DNA of 64,000 bases from the NCBI GenBank assembly GCA_951406725.2, contig OX597817.1:62000001-62064000 (forward strand), in the 5' to 3' direction. Positions 1-16,075 of this stretch are shown piece by piece (position 1 is the stretch's first letter; every line of letters begins with the position of its first letter). This DNA comes from Octopus vulgaris. Taxonomy: Eukaryota. A model generated the notes under the pieces. It saw nothing but the letters and a program-made list of their open reading frames with translations, did no database searches and had not been told where the DNA came from. Both the position numbers and the translations under genes were made by a program.

Positions 1-427
1 AAACCCAAAAGAGTCTATCCGTGTTAGTAACAGGGACTTGACTCATTGTACTAAAGGACAAATCGGAAATGGGACATGTTAGGACGGTATCACTACAAAT
101 GATACGAATTTAGCAGATATAAATTTCTATGTCGATTTCTTGGTCGACGGAAAGATAGGAATTTTTACAGTGGTACATTTACCCGGTAAACAAGATATTT
201 CCTGCTGGATTTCATTCAATGATTCTGTATTTTGCTTTGATTTTGAAATAATGCTTGTCCATACATCCTTCCTTCCTTCCTTCCTTCTATTCATCTATCC
301 ATCCATCCATACATACGTACATACATACACACATAGCGAGGGAGGGAGAGAAATAGACAGAGAAGGGAGAGAGAGATTTACTATAGATATTCATATGTAT
401 GTAATAAATCTCATTCTCTACTTGTCA

Positions 428-750
<323 letters not shown>

Positions 751-785
751 GAAGAAACGAACAACATACATACATATTTCAAAAA

Positions 786-866
<81 letters not shown>

Positions 867-1011
867 GCGCGCGTTTGTGTGTGCATGTGTGTGTGTATAT
901 GTGTGTACATTCGTCTAAGAATCCATGTCAGAAAAATAGCTCAGAGAAAATTTGGAGTTGTATATTTAGCAATAGATTGGGCATATTAATCCAAGTCTAC
1001 TGTATTATCGA

Positions 1012-1050
<39 letters not shown>

Positions 1051-1154
1051 AGTCAAGATAGAAAGTGCTAAAATAATTTTATAAAAAACATTTCAGTACC
1101 GGTTTCAGTGACTGAGACTTTTTCAACTGTAAGTATGAAAAACAATTAAATTTT

Positions 1155-1221
<67 letters not shown>

Positions 1222-1287
1222 CATACATACGCATACAATATATGTGTGTATTCATATGTGGATAGATAGATAAATAGATAGACAGAC

Positions 1288-1358
<71 letters not shown>

Positions 1359-2095
1359 GGAATCACATGGTCACTTACACAGACAAATAAATACAGGCAC
1401 ACACCTTCACAAATCGACACGCACATTTTCTCGCTATAGATGATATTTACAATTCCACATAAACCTGGGCCATTCGCAACTGAATCTGATCAGATAAATT
1501 TGCGATAAAGATGTGCAGGGACCTTCAAAGCCCTTGCATTCCCGATAGAACCATTTTGCGATATTTGGAGGTATATCTTGATTTCAAAGAAATGCCGGTG
1601 TTTCTGGTGTGGCGCCGTTGGATAATTTCCCTCGGTGAGAGAGCGGCGATTGAAAGCCTTAAGACCAGTGATTGCTGTGAGACGTCTGTCTCTTTTAAAG
1701 CCACCCTGTCAACGAACGTGATGGGTTTGGAGTTTCGGCAACCAATAGCTCGGCTACGCATACATAGGTGCATACACAGATAGAGACACACACATACACA
1801 TATTCACATATCTAACAAGAAAAAATTAGTGAAAGTAGAAAGGGAAATAAGAACAGTGTTACAAATTTCGTAGATCAATCAAGATTGAAAAACAATTTAA
1901 TTCTATACTAAAATATAATATGAGAAAAAAAATTATAGAAACATATCTTTATACTTGGGGATGGTCATATTTTGCCAATTAAACACACGCACTATGTATG
2001 TGGTCTTCACTTCAGCTTAACTACATTATTATTATTGTAGTTTCTTTGTCAAAGTTCTTTCGTCACACATCCTGTGGCAGCTTGAACGACTTTCT

Positions 2096-2510
2096 TATTT
2101 CTTTATTGCCCACAAGGGGCTACACACAGAAGTGATAAACAAGGACAGACAAAGGGATTAAGTCGATTATATCGACCCCAGTACGTAACTGGTACTTAAT
2201 TTATCGACTCTGAAAGGATGAAAGGCAAAGTCGACCTCGGCGGAATTTGAACTCAGAACGCAGCGGCAGACGAAATACCTATTTCTTTACTACCCACAAG
2301 GGGCTAAACACAGAGGGGATAAACAAGGACAGACAAACGGATTAAATCGATTACATCGACCCCAGTGTGTTACTGGTACTTAATTTATCGACCCCGAAAG
2401 GATGATAGGCAAAGTCGACCGCGGCGGAATTTGAACTCAGAACGTAGAGGCAGACGAAATGCCGCTAAGCATTTCGCCTGGTGTGCTGACGTTTCTGCCA
2501 GCTCGCCGCC
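2096..2510 (-). mobile_element. SINE family A with tandemly duplicated body
   Basis: Reverse complement of the 51104 element with an approximately 185-bp body present twice; 14-bp TSD TTGAACG(A/G)CTTTCT at 2082-2095 and 2511-2524. Confidence 0.9.
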
Positions 2511-3119
2511 TTGAACGGCTTTCTACCGTACTGTGACATGTTCAGCGGGTCTCTATCCCAAGAGACAGATACGCGGGACAGAGAGTCGTTGAAGAGGCCA
2601 CTGATGTGTGACGGAAGAACGTTGACAAAGAAACTAATATAATAATAACAAACTAATATGCGTGTGTTTAATTGAGAAAATATGATTATCGCCAAGTATA
2701 ACAATATCTGTTTCAACACGAGAATTCATATCAAAAACATTGCAAAACAAATACGTAAACTTAAAATACTGCTATAAATGGGGTCACGTAAGTTTAAGAG
2801 AAAACAGATTCCCTGAATATCTATAGAACAACTAGCTAACACCAGGTACCACTGCTAGCATGCACATAGACACACACACTCTCATATCAACATATATGTG
2901 TGACTGTGTGTGTGACAGTGAGTGTGTGTGACAGTGTGTGTATGTGCGTGCGAGCGCACACGCGCCCGGAGCAGCATTTTCACCCTCGATGTTCATTCTC
3001 GAAGTACATTATTCTGTGAAATTTTGTCATGTTAACCTGCATAGATAACCCAAAAGTGTAGTCGAAACACTTGTATATATATTCTACACCCGCAACACAC
3101 ACATGTATATATGCGTGTG

Positions 3120-4430
<1,311 letters not shown>

Positions 4431-5097
4431 AAGAGATGTATATTTATGTATGTTTGTATTTATGTATTGATACACATCCCTTCCACCACACACCCATACA
4501 AACGCTCATTTATATATGTTGTTTTGTATTATGAAAGTGAACATTTAGTGAGGGTTATCTGTGTATGTGCGCTCGCGTGTGTATGAGAACACATGTGCTA
4601 AAATAACGTGTGGTGAAAAGTAACTAATAGAATGAATGCATATAGAGATGACTTCCTGTTATAGAGAGATAATTGTTAGTACGCAAATATATAGTTTCCT
4701 ATTATGTAGGAAATTACCAAAATCTTGTACGAATTGCATGGGATTGAATTAATTCATAGTGATATGAATATATATATATATATCGCACTCACCTCCGGAC
4801 ATACACGGTCAGAAACCTTCGCGTGTATAAACACGCCCGCAAATGAACACTTACTTATACATGCGTGTGCACATATTTAATATCTCATTGTTCTCTTGAA
4901 GCAAAGGACTGCAGTACAGTAACACATTTCAGTTTAATAAAATGTATACATGCCTGATGTTTATATTTAAATAATGTCATGTTGCACAACGGCAAATGTA
5001 CAGATATGCAAGGTGAACAGTAACCACGAAGTAACATTTTATACGCACACACACAAACACCCACACACACACCCACACACACACACACCCACACCCA

Positions 5098-5138
<41 letters not shown>

Positions 5139-5151
5139 CCACACACACACA

Positions 5152-5190
<39 letters not shown>

Positions 5191-5506
5191 ACCACGCACG
5201 CACACCGCGTACTCATGCCTACATACACGGGCACTCAGATAGGCGCGAACACGTACATGTGAATATATATATGCGTATGTGTGTATGCGTGTTTAAATGT
5301 AGTATATATATATGTGTGTGTGCCTGTCTGTCTGTGTGGGTGTGCGTGTGTGCGTTTGTGTGTGTGTGAAAGTGTGTATGTATATGTGAATATGCGTGTT
5401 TGTGTTAAATATTTTATGGCTAGTTGTATTCATACATACATACATAAATATATATATATTTAATGATAGATAATGAATGACGTACATGCTTTGTCTGAGG
5501 AAATAA

Positions 5507-5607
<101 letters not shown>

Positions 5608-5650
5608 GAGAGGTAATGATGTCATTGAGACCCATATATATATATTTATA

Positions 5651-5700
<50 letters not shown>

Positions 5701-5928
5701 GAGAGGTAATGATGTCATTGAGACCCATAGGTGTCAGGCAATGCTGAATAAGTGCTATAGACAGACCGTAGTTAAGTTCCAGGTTCGGTGATTATGCGAA
5801 TAAGGGGTTCAACGTTGGGCATACGTTAGCGTGTGCATATAAAATCTTTTTTCGTAATGAGATGAAAAAATGTTCTAAAATCTCCACAGCCTTGGTTTTT
5901 TTTATCTCATTATGAAAACAATTCACAC

Positions 5929-6004
<76 letters not shown>

Positions 6005-7599
6005 ATGTGTGTGTGTGTGGGCAGGGTGAAAATGTGTGTTTGAATAAAATTTTTATGCTTAATTGTATTCATACATACATACATACATATACACACACAC
6101 ACACATATATATATATAAATATATACACATATATACATATACATATAAGGATAGAAAATGAAAGAGATGCATGCTTTGCCAGGAAATCAATAATGATTGT
6201 GTGTGTATGTGTATCTGTGTGTCTGCGTGTGCATGTGTTCGTGTGTGTATGTCTGTGTCTGTGTGTGTGTGTGTGTGTTTGTGCATGTGTGCATGTCTGT
6301 GTGTCTGTTTGCCTGAATCTTTATGATTTAAGCGTGGGACTCTTCTTGCATATTCATCTCCTTGTATTCGATCCTACCTATTCTTTTGAAAGAACCGTCT
6401 CTTTGTGTGTATGGAAGTAGGAGTGAAGATGCGGAAGAACTTAATTAGCAATTAATCTAGGCAATGATTTCAGTTGAATGTTTATGCAGACAATTATTAA
6501 GTGATTTAATTATAATTAGTGATTATGTATTCTGTTCATGAATTATGAACAGAGACGACTAATAACAATGGAAAAAAAGATTTTTATAAATTTTTTCTTG
6601 GTGAAATTGTGGGGGGAAAAGGCAAAACAGAATGCTATTTGTGATTCAAAGTATTCATGTCCACAGAAATATAACGTCTTTAATATTACAATTATCGGAT
6701 TTGTTTTACATTAACTCTCGATTTTCAATGTTGAGTTTAATTTTGATATAGCACTTTGGGTTCGAAACGTGTAGACAGAGGGAGAAAATGTTGAGTTGTC
6801 TTCGCAACGTCAATCAAACTGAAGATGATAGCAATGGGAGACATATACAAATGTAGGTTGAATATACTAGTCTTTTGAAGCACGTTAGTTAATAAGTTAG
6901 CTGATGCAAAACAAAAGAGACAAAAGGCCTCACTATTTACTTTGAGGTAAAATTATACCACTTTGTGGAAACATGATGGTCTTTATTTGTGTAAAATAAA
7001 GTGTTTATTATTTTCATAATGGATAAAAAGCATTTAACAAGGACCAATAAATTGTTTAATTGAATTAATAAAATACATAACATCTCAATATTTTTTCGTC
7101 TGTTCTGAGACTAAAATTCAATAGAAGAAATATCACTCAAGCAGAAAACATACTTTAGTTGTCATAAAATACAGATTCATTATAACACTGTCAATCATTA
7201 CATAATTTAATGTAAGGGAAACTCTTACTAATGTGTCGGGGTTTTTGTATATTAGCATAAAGATGTAACAGTGTTTTCAACGTAACAATCTCCCTCTCAT
7301 ATGTCTATGGAAGGAGAAAATAAAAGTTCAAGAGCCCAGCAATGAAGCGTCAAATCGCTCATTTTAATGTCAAAAGGATAATGGCGAACGGATAGACGGA
7401 ATAAATTACGATCAAGTTCGAGTAGATATATCTAGGAACTCGAGAAACAACATTAGCGGCGTTTTCGGCTTTTTACAATGATAAAATTTCTTTTGTGATT
7501 TCTCTTGAAATGGAGAGATAATAAAGAAAATAATGACATTTTAACAGAAAACGTGACTACTTTTGTCCATATCATAGTTTAGAGTATTTTGGACAAGAA

Positions 7600-8545
7600 A
7601 AGAGCTGGTAAATATTTTTGTCGGTTTAATATATTTTTTGTGCTCATGATATTCACAATAGAATTGCCAATATTCTGTGTTGAAAAGTTAACGGCTGCTT
7701 GGTAAAAGAACGAAAAGTGTTTCTTGAAGAGCTGAAACTAATTTTATTCTGTTGATTTGCTGGTGGCAGGGAACAACAAGTCAAAGTATTATCGAAGTTT
7801 TGAGATTTCTTGTATTTTTTTTCATAAGAACAAGTCTGTGTTGATTTCAAGTGCTACAATATCTGAGACATATTTTATACAAAAAAGAAAACGTATGTTG
7901 ATAGCTGTATGATGTTTGGACGTGAAGAGATTTGCAGAAATTTTAATCATGCGATTTCAAGTTAAAGGCCATGATGGCTACAGTTCACAGAAAATTGATA
8001 ATAGTACAAACATTGAAAATATGTTTGTCACTGTTTCTATACTACAGATTGAATGATTGACTCTTCTTTGGCGAGTTTGACAGTTGATAGCAAATGATTG
8101 AAATTACTAGATTTGCAAAACTGATGCCATTATAAGAATTGATATATACTTGACAGTGAGGATTATAAAGTCGTAGTAAGAGTAACGGTACTAACATTTT
8201 TTTTCATTGAATGATTGACTCTTCTTTGACGACTGAGTGAATTAGCTGTAAAATATTTGTAAGAAATGTGAAGTGACCTTAAGCCACCTCACATTTATTG
8301 AACAAATTCTTATTTGTAAGTGTTGTTACAGACATAGCTACCTGTTTAATAAAGATGACTGTGAAAACGGAAACAGACATTACTGCAAGTGCAATATGCA
8401 AGTTTGTAAAGTAACGATGAGACCTGGAATAGGCTTAACTGCAAATATTGGTGCTGTCACGCCCAAATATACAGATGAAAAACTACTAAAACTTGATTCA
8501 GATATAATTTTAAACACTTTTACACATATAAACGAAAGGTGTTGA
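7600..8545 (+). mobile_element. Possible ancient hAT (Buster/Charlie-like) transposase relic
   Basis: Fragments in the expected order: LILFC...KVLSKF*D, DLQKF*SCDFKLK, HSYLF..., MRPGIGLTANI...PKY.DEKL. Similarity is very weak. Confidence 0.25.
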
Positions 8546-9236
8546 AACAGCAGATTGTGCAGATGTGAATGTGACAATTAATATTGATAGATTTTTAAAG
8601 AAATGGCGAAACGTGACTTTGACAAAATAGTAACAAAAACAGGGTGACTTTGTAAAAAGAGTATGTATACTTTTGAATCTGCGTCGCAAATGACCATGCG
8701 AAAATCTTTACAAAAATAACTTACATAGTCACAAAAATACAATAGCTTGGTTTTCAAAAATGTTGAAATAATTGGTGAAACGTGAGACCGTCACAATAAC
8801 TAACATTTTCGTACATAAAAGATAAACGTTAAATGGTCTTATTTATGTGATTTTTCTTTATTTTTCGTAGATTCATTCTGTCCAATTGAGAAGCCATAGA
8901 GTTAATTCAGTATATTTGAAACGTACAGTAAAAGTTTTCATTTAATAAACGAAGGTTGTTTATTAATGGAATATTGTTTGAACGGCTTAAAACAGAAGTG
9001 AAAAAGTTTGCTTCAAGAAATATAAACTTGTGATACATGGGTTGTAAATATCATTATAATATTACAGTTCAAATATGTACATACCTGTGGAAAATTGAGA
9101 AGAAAAACAAAAAAAAATAAAAAATACCCAACCCATTGGTACCTAGAGCCAATTGATGGGTATAAATTGGTTTTAACATCTCATGTTACTGCCTCAGTTC
9201 AATTCAAAACCATTACAAATACATACATACATACAT

Positions 9237-9306
<70 letters not shown>

Positions 9307-10024
9307 GAATATATATACATATGTGTGTGTATACATATTATACATATGTATATATACATTATTCATATATATATACATATGTATATATACATTATTCATA
9401 TATATATGTATATATATATACATAAACATATATGTATATATGTATGAATATATATGAGTACATGTCTATATGTATATGCATATGCATATATGTAGATGTA
9501 TATGTATATATCTATTTATATCCATATCTATACACACACGCACACATACACACACACACACATATATATACATATACTTAGATGGAAAGAGCCTAAACTT
9601 TTTTCTTCCTCATGCATGAATTTGTGAGTATATTTGTACACAAACACACACACACACAACGTAATTATGTCACAATAGGTAGCGAACATGCACACACGCA
9701 CACACACACACACACACGCCCACGTACGAAGTAAATATTTGTTATACTGCTGTAATAAAAGTTCATAATATATGAACATCAAGTAAGATTAAAATATCAG
9801 ATACAATCTTTTACTTACACATACACATGTATATATATGTATATTTAAGTAGTTGAATGAATTATCTTAGTATGGATAATTCGGTTAACCGATACCTGGG
9901 TAGCAAATTCACGTCAGAAAAACACGGTTGAAGCTACAAGAAATACTCATTATCGCTATGGACTCCGTGTGGGCAGCCATCTAAGAGTTTTTGTTCATTT
10001 TGATGCTGACAAAAGTTCCTTGTT

Positions 10025-10077
10025 TTCCCTGATGAGAAGGCGACATAATGCACCCCTTATTCCTTCGAAATTAGGAA
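10025..10077 (+). ncRNA. Minimal type I hammerhead-like motif, intact core
   Basis: TTCC-CTGATGA-GAAGG(21 nt)CCTTC-GAAA-T-TA-GGAA: stem I 4 bp, stem II 5 bp, stem III essentially absent. Confidence 0.6.
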
Positions 10078-10658
10078 TATGCAGCCTTTGAAACATATGT
10101 CGAGAATAAAGGAATTTTGTTAAATCGTCGTTCAACTCCATTCTTTCATTTATATATAATATATATATATATATGCTTAGGTACTGATGTATATATATAT
10201 GTGTGTGTGTATATATATGTATGTAATTACATATATATATGCCTGTGTGTCTGTATGTGTGCGTGTATGATGCGTGTGTGTGTGTGTGTTTGTGTGTACA
10301 TATAAACATACAAGAGAGAAGCAATAGATGGTGCATGATATTCATCTACATCAACTTATATTCTGAGTTCAATCATTTAATCATATTTCCGTGTTTAATT
10401 CAGTAATCAAGGAGTCCTTGTTCCAGGAATTTGTGTCAATGATGAAAATCATTATTCATATATCTACTCATATCGGTTTGGCGTGAAATTGTATAATGGA
10501 GTATTAGGCAAGAAACCAGTCATACAATATAAGAGATAGCCGACATGGAAAAGGAAATGGCAACTGGTTTGTTACCTAGCACTCCATTGTACCATTTAAA
10601 ACGCGAAACCGATTGGTAACGACCAGCCGTGATGAATAATTGACACTATAAAATTCAG

Positions 10659-10706
<48 letters not shown>

Positions 10707-10824
10707 AGTGTGTGTGCATGAGTGTGTGTGTGTCATTGTACTTATTTATCGACATATATACAATGTATGTATGCATATCTGTATATATGTATGGATGTAT
10801 ACATGTATATGCATGTGAGTGTGA

Positions 10825-10869
<45 letters not shown>

Positions 10870-10926
10870 CGTAACCGTAATAACTTATAAGTATTTGTAG
10901 TTATGGTTTCATATAGCTATATGTAG

Positions 10927-10949
<23 letters not shown>

Positions 10950-10957
<8 letters not shown>

Positions 10958-11940
10958 ATATTTCGGAATGGTCATATTGCCAGTTTAGCCAATAAAAACA
11001 CACGCACTATATATTTGGTGTTATTTTGCTTCAGTGATATTTATTTTTTACATTAATCTTAATCTTATTTCGGCCAAAGTTCTTTCGTCACACTCCTGTG
11101 ACCGCATCAGTGGTCCTTTGTTTTCTTCTCTCTTACTTGTGTCTCTCCTTACTAACCGTCAGCCATTTTGTATTTCTATTGTATGTCTTCATTTGCGCAT
11201 GCTTATATCTCTATGTGCGTCTATGTTTATTTAGTGTGTGTGTGTGGGGGGGGGGGATGCCTGTAATATTTGTATCTTCTGGTTATATACATTCTTGTAA
11301 TTTGTATTTTGTTTTTGTTGTTGTTGTTGTTGCTTTTGTTCTAATTTTGTTCATGTGTTTACATCCACCCATTATTATCATTACATATGCTTGTATGTAT
11401 GTATAACAACAATATTAGTAATAATAATAATAAATCTAATCGAAAAAAAAAAAAAAAAAAGAATATACATATACATATATATATATACATACACATACAT
11501 ATATATATATATATACATATATACACACATATATACACATATACATATACATATATATACACATATACATATATATAGATATTCATTTCTATTTCTTTAA
11601 TTACCTGTGTATTTATTATGTTTGCAGGATCCACTATAGACGCACATAGAGATATAAGCATGCGCAAATGAAGACATACAATAGAAATACAAAATGGCTG
11701 ACGGTTAGTAAGGAGAGACACAAGTAAGTGAGAAGAAAACAAAGGACCACTGATGCGGTCACAGGAGTGTGACGAAAGAACTTTGGCCGAAATAAGATTA
11801 AGATTAATGTAAAAAATAAATATCACTGAAGCAAAATAACACCAAATATATAGTGCGTGTGTTTTTATTGGCTAAACTGGCAATATGACCATTCCGAAAT
11901 ATAACAATATCTGTTTCAACACACGACTTCACGTAAAAAA
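10950..11940. mobile_element. Inverted-arm element (275-bp arms) carrying a hammerhead-like motif; Penelope-like pLTR-derived
   Basis: 10950-11224 is the reverse complement of 11636-11910 (one substitution seen). Motif CCA-CTGATGC-G-GTCAC aggagt GTGAC-GAAA-GAAC-TT-TGG at 11747-11786. Confidence 0.7.
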
Positions 11941-11963
11941 TCTTGCACAACAAATATTTAAAC

Positions 11964-12035
<72 letters not shown>

Positions 12036-13014
12036 TTATAAATATATATATATATATATATACAGATATATAGATATATGTATGTATATAAGTATATTCG
12101 TAGATATAGTTGTATATGTACATATACATATATTCATAGCTACACACACACACATTATTGGTTTATATTGTTTGTTTTTTTCGTTAAACACTAACTTTAC
12201 TCCATAACGTATTTGAGTAACCTTCCCTGTTATTTAAAGTTTTTGTTCGGTGTCGTTATTTCCTAGACTTTCAATATTTTTGTTAGAGTCACATAAAATA
12301 ATACACATGTTTATAGTTTTTATTTTACATTTTAAAAATCACTTTGCTAAGCCACAGAATCACTGCGCACGAATGACTTTACAGATCCCTTATAAGAAGA
12401 CAGATCCTCCTATGTCAGCTCAGCAGCCTGGAATGCTCTCAATATATTTCAGTAAGCATAAGATTGAGAGGCAGCTACCGAGCAAATCATAAAACCAACG
12501 CGAAATTGCTTTCAGATTAAGTCATAATTCCAATAATACTATTGGAGGGTACCTAAATCTTATAAACTCTCTTTCTTACTCACACACTCACACGAATATA
12601 CACAAATATATATATATATGAACAGTCATATGCACATACAAACATGTATGCAAAAATACATGTAGGGTAACTAATTATCAGCATACCCTATAGTTCAAAG
12701 GTGTAACGTTTTGTGTGTTAAGGACACGCAAGACGTTTTATATGAATGTGTGTGTGAGAGAGTGTGTGTGTGAGAGAGTGTGTGCGTGCATGTGTGTGAG
12801 TGCGCGTGTGCGTGTGTTTATATATGTAGAAATGTATGTACACACACACATATATATATATATGTATGTATGTGTATATAAATATATATATATGAATGTA
12901 TGTATGTATATATATATATATGTGTATATGTATATTTATGTGTGTGTATATATATATATATATATGGATATACGTATATATATATCCATATATATATATG
13001 TGTGTGTGTATATA

Positions 13015-13051
<37 letters not shown>

Positions 13052-13080
13052 GGATATACGTATATATATATATCCATATA

Positions 13081-13124
<44 letters not shown>

Positions 13125-13223
13125 ACACCCTTTATTGTATTCAGTACCTTAATTTTTGTTCATTTACTCCTCCATTCATAAATATATATATATATATGTA
13201 TATATATACACAGACACACACAA

Positions 13224-13256
<33 letters not shown>

Positions 13257-14016
13257 CATATATACATTCATACAATTTGTACACTATATACAACATATAT
13301 ATTACACACATACATATATATTGGTATGAAGATATGAGAGGCTGAGCCCTGACATATACTTCCTGACCCTGTTTGAGAGGCTAGAGTTACACCAATGCAT
13401 ACACAATAGGAATACCCATTAAAGTAAAGGGAAAAACGTCTGCCTGGGTCTTGAAAAAACACCACGTTCTTTCCTATGCTGGCCCTTAAGCAAGACACTT
13501 TACTTTAGATATCCGGCTATCCATATCAAAATTTCATATATCTTACCATTTAGAACTGTAAATAGAATCATGAGGTGACAATGAACGATTGATAAATGTT
13601 ATTCTCTTCAGCTTGAATTGTTCCATTTGTTATATAACCATCCCTGCTTTGTCAGTATACCAATTTATCATTTCTCTGGAGACTGGTTCCTGAAGAATCC
13701 AGTGATATTGCGGGAACACTTATTCCATCTTATATTCATCTCAAGCACCCTTTATATATCTGCTTCTCCATTCTTACTCACTGTAAGGCGGTTTGAAAGA
13801 AAATTTATGGAAATAATTACATATATTCTGATAAATACATGAATACATAACCATATATAAATATATTGAATAATACTCATTTATAACGAGCGCGTAAAAC
13901 AGCGCTGATTACGTGCTTATGATAACGTAATATCGGCTAGACATACAACAGAAAGCATCAGCACATAATTTGTTTGAACGACCATTCTTGTTTAGTTTGA
14001 GAGATCCGAGTGTGCC

Positions 14017-14061
14017 TTTGACTGATGAGACGCAATAATGTCGAGATGCCGGTGTCTGAAA
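14017..14061 (+). ncRNA. Degenerate type I hammerhead-like motif
   Basis: TTTGA-CTGATGA-GAC(8 nt)GTC-GAGA-TGCCGGTG-TC-TGAAA. Confidence 0.5.
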
Positions 14062-15644
14062 TTCTCCCTAAATCACCGAATTCAATGTGTTATCGATGCA
14101 CAACGTTTGAAAGGAGATGTTGTTCTCCGAAGGCGAAATACAACAGTAGCTATCATGTTCACGTTTAAGTCATGCCGGAACGTGCTAATTATGAACATGC
14201 TCCTCATTGGTGAATAATATTCAGTTTAAGTGCATTGACTGAGTTTCATTGAAAGTTTATATGTAGAGTCAATTGATTTGTAACAAATGCGTTACAGAGA
14301 TATTAATTCATTATGCTTTAGCGTGTTTACTTAAGATTTAATCTTGAGTATATAAGGCAAGTTAGCTTAGTGGAGCCATATTTACATGTAGTTTACCTAG
14401 AGGAAGTCAACTTGACCGAACTACTTCTCCCTGGTACTACACCATGAAGAGATATTCATCGAAAATATTTCACGCCTAATAAAAAAAGAAGCGAAAAAGA
14501 AAGAAGTACGGCATGCATTTCTCAGTTTTAACTCATTGGTAGTCTATGCTTCAGAAATAAAGGTGAGCTCTTGCAACACAGCAAACACGACGGCAACAAA
14601 AATAGAAGCGGCAGAAGCAGCGTCTACGACGTCCAAACTACAACAGCAACAATAATAACAGAAAACATAACTGCATTAGAAGTCATCCAGCATAACGGAT
14701 TGACTAACTTGTCTTATACATAACATGAAACGATTATTCGTCCATGATGAGAAACAGTCACAAACTCAAAAGAAAAAAAAAAAGCCCAACCAAATAAGAT
14801 GTCTAAGTAATTTGGCTCTTTATTAGCCCTTATTTTAAAAACTGCATCATTGTTTCAGCCAAATCGGAGCCGTAACATAAGTGATTTCATTCACACACCC
14901 AGCAAGCGGCTTTTATTCTTTTAACTGTCGTATTTTTCTTTATTTTCTTGGAAAGTTCGTTTCCACTCCCAAACTCCCTTACAAATAGCTTATAATACAC
15001 ACGCACGCACACACATATACATGCATACTTTACTTTCATATATACATTTTATTGAAACTGAATGTTTATCATGCGACTCGAGTTTTCGAGTCTCATACGA
15101 CACCGAATTATGTATTGAAGAATATGAAAATTTTGATAAAGAAAATAACAACGATTGTGAGACAAAAAAGGAAGGTGAGAAAAGATGTTTTTCTAACACT
15201 TCACCGTGAATATATATATTTTTCACTCAAGCGTTGATACACAATATAAATATAGAGTTGTACATACATATCACATTCATTCATAAAAACATATACATAC
15301 ATACATACATACATACATACATACATACATACATACATACATACATACATACATACACGCATACATACACGCATACATACATACAGACATGCATGTATAT
15401 ATACATACATACATACATACATACATGTATGCATACATACGTGCACACAGAAATTGATAGACAGATAGACATAACGTCGTTTCTTGTCGTTAATCGTTCA
15501 TTTTGTTATTATACAATAGATCACTTATTTCTCAGTGATATTCATTCTCGTACTTCTCGTTAGCTTCTTAAAACTGAGAGAATTAGTTCTGTTGATGTTT
15601 ATTTTTCATTTTCATTTTATAAGTAATTATTAGTTTGTTTCATA

Positions 15645-16075
15645 TTAGCTTTTTTCTATTTTACAAATTTTGTAACATCTGTAGGTTATGAGTAAAACAA
15701 ATGTCAAAAGGATGGAGCAGCAAACCAAAACATGACAAGACAGTAGCTGCCAAAATGTGAAACGAAACACTGTTTCTGAGCACCAATTACGAGGTTCATG
15801 TAGCGGAGCCTGGAAATGTGGTTTCCAGATAGAATAAAGCCAGTAATTACCAAAGCCGAACCAAACGGCCAAAAACACTGTCAGTGACATTTGCGTGACA
15901 TGTGATGCTGAAAAAAACTTTTCACTGTCAGTGAAATGGTCGTCATATTCGTAGCGGTGAAATTTGACCTGACGCCACAAAACAAGTACTAATTTGAGGG
16001 CACCAAATGATCCGCCGACTAAAAGGTAAATTGGTATTTTTGGCTCCTTGGGACATTCATCGAGATATTTCACAC
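15645..16075 (-). CDS. TMEM272: Terminal coding exon of a TMEM272-like multi-pass membrane protein
   Basis: Minus-strand frame (G)VKYLDECPKEPKIPIYLLVGGSFGALKLVLVLW...FLAVWFGFGNYWLYSIWKPHFQAPLHEPRNWCSETVFRFTFWQL...* matches the recalled TMEM272 family pattern (G-x-K-[FY]-L-[ED]-x-CP...IP[LI]YLLVGG...WF..GNYW[VL]...P...C). A long polypyrimidine tract and AG acceptor lie at 16076-16077 (phase 1); TAA stop at 15645-15647. The N-terminal MCYCSFF... of the supplied ORF is intronic. Confidence 0.9.

Noticed and set aside
1440-1760. GC-richer block with open frames on both strands, possibly a CR1 3' relic
   Set aside because: Only a vague GFEGP-like resemblance; not enough to call.
11034-11826. Two ORFs with identical MIFIFYINLNL... 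sequence suggesting a duplicated gene
   Set aside because: By-product of the non-coding inverted arms; non-ATG start and no recognisable protein features.
15021-15209. Cys/Glu-rich plus-strand ORF with a GAAG|GTGAG donor-like site
   Set aside because: No acceptor, no recognisable domain, and it probably lies antisense to the TMEM272-like 3' UTR region.
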